Positions 1-11,330 of a stretch of DNA of 64,000 nt are shown in pieces. The translations under genes were made by a program, and so were the position numbers. Positions within the stretch are counted from its first letter, which is position 1, and every line of letters begins with the position of its first letter. A model generated the notes under the pieces. That model made no database searches, was not told the origin of the DNA, and saw only the letters and a program-made list of their open reading frames with translations. Source of the stretch: Marsupella aquatica (Eukaryota > Plantae > Marchantiophyta). Location: positions 11,617,187 to 11,681,186 of the forward strand of contig OZ316898.1 of the NCBI GenBank assembly GCA_973895155.1, given 5' to 3'.

Positions 1-582
1 AAGAGGAGTTGCAGCCAAACTCTTGATGAAAACAATAGATTCTGATTTGCATGTAACTCTGCCCATTCTGCTTGGGTCGGGTTTGAGCGTTCAGGCTTCC
101 CTCACAGCAAGAGAAACTGAGTCGTATCCAACTAAATAACCTTCTCAAAAGCTCTCAATACCGCCACATTTACTGCCAAACTTGCCGATGGGACAATTGG
201 TACTCGACAGGTCCCCATCTCTCTCAGATGGGCATGTTCAACTACTCTGTCCTTCTTCATCGCAGGTGAACTTTCTTCCGTGCCTTGCAATCACGTGAAT
301 CCCCGCGCAATGTTTCATCTCCCAGCTTGGACAGTTCCTTCTCCCAGCTTGGACAGTTCGTGCGTCTGATGCAGATGCTACTCAGTCTTTGAATTGAAAA
401 CAAGCCCTTCCTTGTTGCTGCTGAGAGCCTGGGTTGCTGTTGTTTCAAGGGTCTTTGCTAAATTGCCTGAGCTATTTTGGTCACAACTATGCTATACAAC
501 GTGGTCAGGTGGTGTTCTTGTATGTCAATCACCCATGCTGTGACAAGCACCCTACAAGAACAAACAACAGTGGGCAGTCAAA

Positions 583-873
583 GGGGCCCTATTAAGTCCC
601 AAGTGCATCTGGTGGACTATTAAGTACACAAGATGCTAGAGGGGTCTTTTTAAATCCAAACTTGTAAGTGGCACCAGGGGCCCTATTAAATCCCAAGTGC
701 ATCTGGTGGACTATTAAGTACACAAGATGCTAGAGGGGTCTTTTTAAATCCAAACTTGTAAGTGGCACTTGGAGCTATATTCTGGAGCCTGTGGACTATT
801 AAGTATACAAGATGCCAGAGGGGTCTTTTTAAATCCAAACTTGTAAGTGGCACTTGGAGCTATATTCTGGAAC
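583..873. repeat. Tandem repeat, ~94-bp unit, ~3 copies
   Basis: The unit GGGGCCCTATTAA...GTGGACTATTAAGTACACAAGATGCTAGAGGGGTCTTTTTAAATCCAAACTTGTAAGTGGCAC starts at 583 and 677; a third variant copy runs to ~873. Confidence 0.9.
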
Positions 874-884
874 CTATATGATGA

Positions 885-1050
885 AACTGCTATATGGTGA
901 ATCCACCTTTCAAATTTTGTCGTATTCTGATTTTGTGTACTTTCTTGGTCATAATGTGTTTTTCTTTGCATGTGTATGTATGGTTTTGTGTGTTATGTCA
1001 CTCTTGGCATATATTTTACATGTACTTACTTTTTTATAATAAAATAAATT
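885..1050 (+). repeat. Dispersed non-coding repeat (MITE-like), copy 1 of 3
   Basis: TGCTATATGGTGAATCCACCTTTCAAATTTTGTCGTATTC matches, diverged and reverse-complemented, segments at ~17150-17300 and ~41290-41405. Confidence 0.65.
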
Positions 1051-1975
1051 TAATGAATTACATATATCACTACAAGACAAAAAAAGAGGCATGTTCCAGG
1101 ATGAACATGCTATATCTAGAATGAAGCCAATAGAATGCGGCTTTTGGGTGCTGGCAGGTTTAGGGCTGTGACAACCAGTGACAAAGGCAACCATGGACCT
1201 GAGTGAAGGTCGACATTCAGGCTACTCCTTTTAAAACATGGATGGACAGCAAAACACTCTTTTGTGCTTTACCGTTATATTAAATCAATGAGTGAGATTA
1301 TATTAAATCAATGAGTGAGAAAACACATTTCATCTTTGGAAATAGTAGGTGTGTCAATTATTAATTAATTTTGAAAACATTAGGCTCCTAGGAAAGATCT
1401 TTCCAATGAGCTCCTAAGTATCCCAAGAAAAACCTATTCCATAAGGCATAGATGGAGATATTGAATGACTAAGTTAAGTGCTTAACATTGGGAAGTGTGG
1501 ACAATGAATGAACGACAATCTGTAAAAAGTTTGTTGTGATTTGATCCTTACAATGAGTGATCCATAATCTTTAGTAATTCATAGCTCTCTTAATTTTTTA
1601 TTTTTCACAAGTGATATAGATTCACTGGACAGATCTTTTCCAGGAGTTCAAGTGAAAGCTAATCACATCAAGGGAGATCGTGAAGGTCCAAATTTGCTAT
1701 TAAAAGAGTGCCAATCAATGAATGAATGAAGGGTGTCAATGAGTGAAAATGTAAAGGTGTCAGAGTCCATGGGGGTTGATTGGTTAAACATCCTCTGTCC
1801 CTCAAAACAAAAAGCTGTGGATCCAAGTTACCAAAATTAGTCAATACTGCTCTTAAAAAATTGAAACGTGCACTATTTTGTTCTCCTCTGTCTGAGGCTC
1901 TGAGCCTCTGACCCTTGCACAGTGCACTATTTTGTCCGCCCCCTACCTGGTGGACACCAACCCTCTAAGGACTCC

Positions 1976-2051
1976 GTCCATCTAGGCTTCAACTCAATAG
2001 AACATGGAAAAAGTCCATCTAGGCTTCAACACAATAGAACATGGAAAAAGT
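1976..2051. repeat. 37-bp tandem duplication
   Basis: GTCCATCTAGGCTTCAAC(T/A)CAATAGAACATGGAAAAA occurs twice in tandem. Confidence 0.85.
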
Positions 2052-3109
2052 AGAAGGGCTCGGTGCATCTATAGGCTTCAACTCCAAAAAACATTAAAAC
2101 AAATTTGTGCTATATTGGCCGTAAAGCTACTGTACTGTAACAAATGGTCGTAGTGCAGACATTGGCTGACCACGTACACAATTAGAACAATGTACGAGAC
2201 GGACCAAGTACGGAAGAGGTACAATTTGGGTACTGGCATAACACAGTAAAGGAGGACGATGTGTTTAATCCTTTATTATTTGAGGGGGACCCAATGTTTT
2301 TTAGCACGGTCGGGCATGATTAAGAATGGATGGGACTAAAAGGGGGGTTTTACAAGAGCTGGGGCATCAATTCTTTTTTATTCTATGTGTGAATGCAATC
2401 TGAGCCATTCAAATAGAAGAATAGGCCAGATTCCACTTTATGTGAACTTGGGGGCACAATCAAACATAACCATTACCAAACCTTGTCATGTCTAAGAGGG
2501 CCCTTGTGAGTCCTTTTTTTCCTTATGTGTAAAAACCTTCCACCTCCTCTTGAGGTGGTTTTAAAAAATGGAGCAAGAGGCAACTTCTTTTCTGGAATTT
2601 GCATTCATTATATCCCAACCTGACACATTTTGGGTCAGGCATTTCAACTTTAGGCGTATGGGAGTTAATCTTATTTATAAAGCGCCAACTACAAGCTAGA
2701 GTTGGGGCACATTTTGAGTCACGCATTTCAGCTTTAGTGTATGATAGTTAAGCTTATTTATAAAACGCCAACTACAAGCTAGAGTTGGGGTCTAGGCTTC
2801 TAGAGTAAGCCTCTAGACTGTAACTCCATGGTTCATGTCCATGTGTATGAGAAAACTCATGACTATAATATATGTCAAATGATAATCATACATGCCTTTT
2901 GTCGTGATTTCTATTTATATTAAAAATGAGCTTTATGACCCCATCATAACATATGTACATAGAAAGAGAGATGTGCATAGAAGTATGGTATGTTATCATG
3001 TATGATTATTAAAATGATGACATGCATGATTATATTTTTATCATTTCATCAACCTTCAAAAAATGTGAATAAATAAAATATATATTTTGGTGACATTTTT
3101 ATTGTCCTC

Positions 3110-3149
3110 CCCGCTGTTCGCATTCAAAGAACGGGTAGTCGGGGCTAGT
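3110..3149 (+). mobile_element. Probable Helitron 3' terminus
   Basis: Imperfect GC hairpin CCCGCTGTTC...GAACGGG followed ~10 bp later by CTAG|T (3145-3149). The 5' end was not located. Confidence 0.45.
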
Positions 3150-4214
3150 TACTAATAAATTGGGAACGTAAGCTACTTTCAAGGGCTAGGGTCTAGACCC
3201 TACCTTTGTGTAAATACAAACTTGGACTAAAAACTAAGGACAAGATTGGACTCTAAATAGGGACAAAGTGAGGGTGAACATAAAATGAGGATGGGCCAAA
3301 TATAAATGGGAAATAGGATAGAAATTACTATTTTTTGAAAAAAATTTGTCTTCATCCCTGTTTACAGCTCTAGGAGCGGGTAAATCAGGCTTATATATGG
3401 GATGTAATTCCTGAGGAATTTAGAGCCATCACTCCTTGGTTACAATACTTTGGAGACCCATAATACTATGCAATCCGGGATGCAATCCTTTTGTGGTATG
3501 AGGAAATATGTGTTTTGACCTGACAGCACACTGAGAAAGAGCATAAACAAAACTTCCATGCACCTATTGGGTAGTGCAATCATGCACATGGAGCAGTGTA
3601 AAGAATGTTGTTCCATGCACTAATGATATAGTGCATACCATGGATGAGTGCAGGCTTGGGGCATTATCCCGGGAGCCTGCACTTAGACACCTATACTACA
3701 GGCGGGTTCATATCACTCATATATTAACAAAGGCTAAGAAATGTTCAGCCTGGTGATCAAACTTGATAACCCTAAGTTGTGAAAACCCCAAAGAATTAAA
3801 GCCATTAACTAGAGAATAACATGTCCCTATAGTTGAGTCCCCCTATCACCCGACCCTTGAAAGCCATCTGTGAAATGAACTTCCTGGGAAAAGCCTCTCC
3901 TCTCCCGGATATCTGTCCAGGAGAGGCAACCTCCCCTGGGCACTAACATCTCATAATGCAACAACCTATACCCTATGTATGATGGAAATGAGCAAGAAAG
4001 AGGAGCCAAATCAGCCAAAGGGGCTTTTTGCTTAATTCATTGGCCCTATAAGGTTCTATAAGGGGGTAAATGTCCAATATATCTTCCTTTTTCACATTCA
4101 AGTCACTCCCTTCCTCAACTACGTACAACTCCTCTCCTCAACTATATAAGGAAATAAATTGTATTACTGGTGAAACCTGGTGAATTCAGGTCTGATGACT
4201 GACATTGATATTTT

Positions 4215-4405
4215 AAAATGTATATATCACTGCCAAAGAAAAATCTGCCTTATGGTGAGATAGGATCCGTGGAGCCAAAAACCCAATAAAGAAGGGGGGG
4301 CGAACACAACAGGAAATCCAGGAAGAGCCAAGCAGCCCAATAGCATCAAAGCCCAAGAGTCCAAACAGCAAAAGAAATAAGGCCATACTGAGCCACAAAC
4401 TAGAA
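4215..4405 (-). mobile_element. Degenerate 3' end of a non-LTR (CRE-related) retroelement family
   Basis: T-rich tail ending ...GGATCCTATCTC...TTTGGCAGTGATATAC, similar to 37560-37735 (which follows a CRE-like C-terminus) and to 5940-6095. Confidence 0.4.
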
Positions 4406-5939
4406 ATCCTGGTAAAGCTCCACGGTCATCGCTTGGTCATAAACAAATGCCATTTGGATTCGGTACCTGTGACCATGTTAACAAGTACACAGCGCACAGG
4501 GTACTTGTTAAGGGCTGCCTCAAAGATAAATATTCTATGGAATCTCATCTTGTGTGAAAGGCCCTCTCACAGGCATGTAATGCAATGAGAAAACTCGGGG
4601 CCCTGCTTATCTTTTTGAGGACGGGTTCTCTCATTTTACACGAATGTGTGCTTGATGCTTCAATTTTCTCACAATTAATTTTTATGTGGGTGGTTCATTT
4701 TCAATTGATTGGCTGCTGTTGGCTTTAGAAGGATGATGGCAGCCTTTGGAGCACTTGAACCAGCATCCTCCATCAGGGCCTGGGCAGCTACTGCATGGAC
4801 GTTTTTTGCTGCTTGCACCGGTTGCTATTATCCTGCTATTTTTCCAGACAGGTCACAAGAAAAAATGCAGACTGGCAAATTGAGCATTCAGTTGGTGGGC
4901 TAGAAAACTTTTTCCCAGTTTTGGCAAACTGCATCAACAACGCTTGCCACGTTGCCACATGTGCGAACCGACACCAGCTTCACTGTTCCTCCTTATTCTC
5001 CACAGCACACACTACAATGATTGTGTGCTTTGTGAAAGGAGCATGCCCAAATGGCAGCCACTGGTGCATGACAAAATTTTGTTTGGGAGGACTTGACAAT
5101 TCTGGCCTGCATTGGCGTCCCTTAAAGGTCCATTTACCAGCCCTCAGCTGGTAAACACATGCCGATGCTTTTAAAGTTGGCAAGTGCCATATCCTAATGG
5201 CATGTGTGAGCCCTACAGAATGCTGATGTGGAGGAAATTGTTTTGGCCAAAGCTTTCAAGTACTGCAAGAATTGGTATTTCTTTGTCAGCTTGGCCCATC
5301 CCTACATCTTTGGTCTGGAGTAGCCCACTTGCTCAGATTGATCAAGCCAATAGCACAATTTTACTTTCTCTCTGCCTTTTCACATGGCAGTTCCTACTTG
5401 TGTTGGGCCCAGGCCAAACTACTTTTGAAACACACCAACAATTTTTCCTTTTCCTTTCAATTACATCTGTATTAATCCCTTCCATTTTATTTTAATTGCC
5501 CAAACCACATCTTTTGCTAATCCTAGCACAAACCCTTTCTTGCAAATCATGGAAAAGGCATAAAGAAAAAGTATACCGGCCGAAAGCCCCAAGAGTGGAA
5601 GCGGATTGTGCAAAGGACTAAAGTCACTGGAAAGCACTTTATTCATAAAAAGCACTTGAGTACTGTGTTTGGCCATTTCTGTAGATTATCACCACTTTAT
5701 CTTGTTTAGTACTTTGCTTTGGTTTCTTCCTCGTCTTCTCCCAATCATTAATCTTGGGAGGAGAAGTTGGCTAAAGGAAGGGGCATGCAATCACCATAGT
5801 GAGGTAAAACCATTCAATGTCTAGTGTGGAAAAAACAACATAGTCTTGAGGGCAGAGCAAATTAGCAAAATAGAACTCAACCCAATGAGCATTCTACATA
5901 CTCACAAGAAAAAGCTTGTACTCAAATCCTAATCAGCCT

Positions 5940-6095
5940 TGGTACACATCAAATTGCCACAAAACAAGGGATGCCCAAGCGGGAGATATGATCCTATAGG
6001 CCAAAGACCCAATCAAAGGGAGGCAATCAAAGAGCCAAAAAGAACAAGGGACAAAGGCAAAAAGCCCAACACACCAACAACAAAGCCAAAAAGAA
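5940..6095 (-). mobile_element. Degenerate 3' end, same family as 4215-4405 and 37560-37735
   Basis: Shared motifs CTCCCTTTGATTGGGTCTTTGG...GGATCATATCTC...GCAATTTGATGTG on the minus strand. Confidence 0.35.
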
Positions 6096-6102
6096 AGTTG
6101 GA

Positions 6103-7765
6103 GTTTTTTTTAACTTTTAATTTATTCTGCGTGAACCCCATGGATGGGGGAGACAAAGAGGCTAGAGGCAACAGTCAAAAGGCAGAAAGGGGGAGCGGTA
6201 TGGGTCAGGGGAAAGAATCAGCCACTGAAACCTTGCCCCATTATCGCTAGGACATAATCTGCATCCAGAAGGGATCACACTATCAGGAACAAATCCACTA
6301 AAAAAACTAATCAAACTAGGCAGTGTGATCACTGCAACCAGATCCTATCACGATACCTAAGTATCTGAGAGCAGTATGGTATACCGGAAGCTACTCTCTA
6401 TTTGATTCTAATTGCCTAACACCATTACGGATGATCACCACTCGTTCTGCTTCCAATAATTCAGTGGCACAGACCAAACGCCGGTGTTTCCGACTAGAAC
6501 CAGAAACCGCTATTACAGCCTTCATGTGATCTAAAGTCTCAGAGAATATTGCAATCGGATCACGTACTTTTTTCCTAGTCAAGTCCAAGGTCTGCCCATT
6601 ACAGGCTAGCCAGATGCTCCAAAGAATATGATTGATTAAGTAAATCCGCAACGTACTCAGTAGGTTCCTCCTTCTAGTAGACAACAGTAGGTCAATCAGG
6701 CCCATGTCACCGCCAACAATTAGTCCATTCAGCCAGCTTCTAGCTCCTCTCTAGCACTTCTGAGCATGTTTGCACTAGAAGAAGATATGCGAAATGGTTT
6801 CCAATACTCCTAAATATAGAACACAATTCATGACCATCTGATTTGTTAGTTCAGTGCCTGCAATCCTGAAAAAAGTCCATGAGCAAGAATTCTCCAAATG
6901 AATGTCCAAGCCCCGGAAGCTAAATCAGAGATCCATACTCTTTGCCAGACAATATTCCATTCGACTTCAGTAAGAGTGACATCCCATATCCTGTTGAGTC
7001 TACAAAAGTCAGACCCTTTGGAACATAGCACCTCATAACTCCGATGGTTAGGTAAACTAAAGCGTTTGGGTTGTGAATCCATGTCAATCCAACGCCAGTG
7101 CCTTGCTGAGGAGTCCAAATTATCCTCCCCATAGATAGATCTATGAATTACTGCAAAAAACTCAAGGTAGTGAATTATGTTTCTCAATTCTAGGCCACAC
7201 ATGCGCTGCATCCTCTCAGTCAAACGCATCCATTCATCCTCTGTCGTGGACCAAAAGTCACCCACCTTCCTAACGGCTAAACAGCCATAGACAATCACTA
7301 TGGCCATCCTGCAGTTATTTGTAAGGTCATAAAATCCAGTCAAGCAACGTAGAAGCTTCAATTCCCCAGTGCCGTGGGATAGTACCAAAACCTAGACGGA
7401 AGATAAGGTTTTCTCTAGCCTGCTCCCACGCACTCTAGATCCGTCCGGTATTAATTTGCAAGCTTACCAAAGGAGTGAGGAGTAGCTTATCCTTCATTGA
7501 TTGAGTACTGATTCCTGCGCACGGTCCAAAAATTCCTCCACCTAGTTAACAGAAGGTTCTCAACAAACATCTTTGCCCCTCCGGACTGATTCCAGGCGAT
7601 CAAGGGCACCAGTGAACCACTTACACAACAGAGCATCTGAATGGCCCTAAACCCAGACCACCATCTGCCTTCAACCACATCAGTTTGTTCCATGCCACCA
7701 GAGGGATCCGCTTTCCGCCATGCACGTTTGTTCCCTAGAAGAAGACCCTGCTCAGAGCTATCAGT
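6103..7765 (-). mobile_element. Degenerate 5'-truncated L1-clade LINE (ORF2 C-terminus and 3' UTR)
   Basis: Broken frames WNIVWQRVW...FIWRILAHGLF (zf-RVT region) and HILWSIWLACN. The minus strand has AATAAA and an A-tract at ~6103-6127. Confidence 0.75.
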
Positions 7766-9054
7766 TTCTTAGCCAACAAAGTTGGGGAACATATAAACAT
7801 CATATGATAAATAGGAATCGCTTGTAACACATGCTTTACCAATAGTACTCGACCAGTAAAGGACAGTATCTTGGAGTTTTGATTGCTTGGAATGCTTTTC
7901 AATTGCTGGGATGACTCTCAGAGGTGTTTTGTTCGCAGTGACAATTTTTTTCCAAGCAACTTGAAGAGTACTCAAATCAAATAAAAATTGGCTGATGTGG
8001 GAAAGAGATGATGTAGCAATTTTAAAGTGGGAAACTTACCTTTGGGTCCTCAGTCTTTGTGGCTTGGTTCTGCTCCTTCAGAAAATTCTTATTCTGACTT
8101 AGTTGTGCTAAAAGAAAATGTATTTAGTTCAATCCCCTAAACTCCAGACACAGGGGTGTGGAGGGTATATGTGTGTGAGTGTGATGCGTTTTGTGGGTAG
8201 ACAGTGGATGGGAGTTCTGATTATCTCCTTGGCCCCTGGCGGGGCCCCAGGGTGTCCACTTTGTGACCCTGATTTAATCACCTCTCCCTCTTGCAGCTCC
8301 CTGTTGTATTTATGGGGGCTCACCCTGAAATGGGTCCCTACAAAGAATGTATGTCGCTATTGGGGTGAGGAGCGTCTACTAAGTGTTCTTCCTCCTTTCA
8401 TTTCAAGCCAAAACTGGAAAAGTATTTTAATTAAAAAAAAAGATTTTCAGCACTTCCAGCAGGGTTGCTAGCTGGGTTTCCATATCAGCTACTCATAACT
8501 ATTTTGCACTTAGCATGCCAGATAGACTTAGAAGGGTAAAGGGTTTATCTTCACCTTGTGAGAGAACCCCATAATCTCCCATGTTGGACTGTTTGTCATG
8601 AGAACAAGACTGAATTCTACTAACCAAGGCTTATGGATTGCGTTCAAAACATCTTTTTGAATGCAAATGACATATTTCCATTGTAGAAATAGTCATACTT
8701 TTGGGTCTCAAAAATGGCCTGAATTCACCTAGGGATTTATCCCAGGATCAATATCAAATTCATGATCATTGACTAACAAAGACAAGGGTGCACAAAGGTC
8801 ACAAGAAAAGGCACATGCCATACTATTTCTAAGATCAACATGTGAAATCAATTGTTTATAATTAACAATAACCGTGTGCCCTTTCAACCAACTGTAGTTT
8901 AAGTTATTCACTTATTCTTTTTGAGTCATTGTCAAAGATGCTTGTTTTGTAGTATTGGGGTAGGTCAACACGTACTATTGGGGTAGGACAAAATTTTAAG
9001 ATGCATCTAAATAGTTGATTAGAGATAAGACCGTTTGGGCTAAAATTTTCAGTG

Positions 9055-9165
9055 TTGTTGCCTAGCATTGGGGACCTATTTGCTGAACATATTAGAACAA
9101 AAACACATTTAATTTCCCAAAATGTTCCAATGACCTTTATCAAACAAATCAGATGAAAGAGATTG
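9055..9165 (+). repeat. Dispersed repeat, also at ~15505-15606
   Basis: GTTGCCTAGC(A)TTGGGGACCTA...TTCCCA-AA--TTCCAATGA...ATCAAAC-AATCAGAT-AAAGAGA is present at both sites. Confidence 0.65.
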
Positions 9166-9779
9166 AAGAGAAATTAAAAAAAAAGTGAGTTGGGATTGGG
9201 AGAGGGAAAAAACTGGGTGGGAGATCAAGGTGAGCCAAAGGGACCAAGGAAATTGAGATTCCAAGTTTAGATCTAGTTGAGCTCTAGCCATTCATTAGCT
9301 TCCACCTATGTTCTCTGTTCAGCTTCGTTGAGTTTTACTTTAGAGTTAGCTACTAAAAATTGGTATGTTCAATGAGTGATTGAGTAAATTGAAGTCTAGG
9401 AGTAGGACATTAGGGTAGTGCTTTTTATGCATGAATTGCATAGAAAGCCCAACGAGGGGGTACTAGCAGTAGGTGGGAACATATAATTGTTATTAAAATT
9501 ATGAAGAGCCTCAGATCTTTCTTGATCTTAAGGACAACCATCTGATCTTCAAAGATTGTCTTAAAGGTTCTCCGAAATCCAACTATCGTTAAAGGCTCCT
9601 GCACATTTTGCTTAATATTTGTTCCCCTAAGTTTCTTTGTATCATTTGGCCAGGAGAAGGAAAGATTCTTGGAGTGTTTCACCAATTAAAAATTCACTGT
9701 CAACAACAGTTATAACCCTGTCATCTTGGCTTCTGCAAACCTATATAATTACTAGCTCAGTACCCGTGCATTGCACAAA

Positions 9780-9975
9780 AAATGTCGTGTCGGCCAAGAT
9801 TTGGTTGAGAAAAAAATATCTTGTCAGCCAAGAGGTCGTTAAGAAAAAAATGTTGTGTTGGTCAAAAGGTAGTTGAGAAAAATATGTCGTGTCGGGCAAG
9901 ATGTCGTTAAGAAAAAATTGTCATGTCGGCCAAGATGTCGTTGAAAAAAAAGATGTTGTGTCGGCCAAGACATTA
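9780..9975. repeat. Degenerate tandem array (CCAAGATGTCGTTAAGAAAAAA-type unit); related array at ~11460-11705
   Basis: Repeated TGTCGTGTCGGCCAAGATGTCGTTAAGAAAAAA-like units. Confidence 0.8.
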
Positions 9976-10048
9976 TTGTCCGGGTGACCGTGTTTTCTGA
10001 TAAGAGCATGTTGGCTCTTATGAAGTAAACCTTGCATGCCCATAAGTT

Positions 10049-10132
10049 CTACACTAAAACCAAAATAATAACTTTAGTAATAAGAGTAGTCTACACTAAA
10101 ACCAAAATAATAACTTTAGTAATAAGAGTAGT
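10049..10132. repeat. Perfect 42-bp tandem duplication
   Basis: CTACACTAAAACCAAAATAATAACTTTAGTAATAAGAGTAGT occurs twice in tandem. Confidence 0.95.
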
Positions 10133-10889
10133 GAGTATTAAGAAATTTTCAAGTGAAACTAATATACTATTAAACCCTATTCCACCATACCTGCAGACCA
10201 ACACTTCTTGGAAATTAATCTTTCTACGACATATGATCATAATATCAAGAGAAAATGAAACAAGAATGTCATCTGGACTCCTATTTAGATCAATGATCAA
10301 TAGAAGACAAAGGTAATGCACTCCCACTCCTCTCGGTAAAACACTATTGGGTATACTATTGGCTTGCTAGAATTACGATAACAATTATAAATTGAGCTCC
10401 AAAATGGTAGGTTAAATGTTGTCTCATGGACGGCTTGTCTTAAATATGGACTCTAATAAAAAATAGGTTACGAAAGGGAAGATTAGAGATATTTTTCTCT
10501 CTTGGATTTATAATAACTCTCTTGTTTCTTTGCTATCTAGACCAAAGAATGCTCCACCCCTAAGCTCTCAAAGAGACCTTGTTGCCAAAGGTTCAATCTA
10601 CAAGTCTACCACTTATTTCTTTGCTATCCGAACCAAAGACAGTATGTCCCACTACTATGTACATAAGGCAAAGAATAGAAGAGAAAGATGAGAGATGAAA
10701 AGAGGACCGCTTTGACGTAGGAATGATCAAAACGTAGGAATGAGGAGAGAGTGCCCATCACCACTTTATTTATACTGAATCCAAGAGGGTATGGATTACA
10801 CTCAAACGCTTGGATGAACGTTTGGATAAAAGCCAAGTGGCACACATCCAACGTGGGGATGTGTGCTAGTACTATTGCAATCAAAACAA

Positions 10890-11330
10890 ATGATGCATGC
10901 ACCTAAAAAAATTTGTGCATGCATACACCTTGTGGCTTGCATATTTGCTCACCTTGCATGAGCATAAAATAATTATTTGCATGCATCTAAAATAATTTGT
11001 GCATGCACTTTGTGGCTTGCATATTTTCTCACTTTGCATGCGCATAAAATAACTATTTGCATGCATCTAAAATAATTTGTGCATGCACTTTGTGGCTTGC
11101 ACATTTGCTCACCTCACATGTGCATAAAATAACTAAGTCATGCAAATAAAATAATTTATATGCATCTAAAACAATTTGCATGCATGCACCTTGTGGCTTA
11201 CACATTTGCTCACCTTGCATGCACATAAAATAACTAATACATGCAAATAAAACGATTTGCATATGCATCTAAACAATTTGTGCATGCATCTTGTGGCTTG
11301 CATAGTTGCTTACATTGCATGCACATAAGT
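10890..11330. repeat. TGCATGCA-rich minisatellite, ~80-bp unit, ~5 copies
   Basis: The unit TTTGTGCATGCAC-TTGTGGCTTGCATATTTGCTCACCTTGCATG-CATAAAATAA-TATTTGCATGCATCTAAAATAA is repeated. Confidence 0.9.

Noticed and set aside
4700-5460. Cys/His-rich frames suggesting a PHD or zinc-finger fragment
   Set aside because: Interrupted by stops with unconvincing ligand spacing; cannot be assigned.
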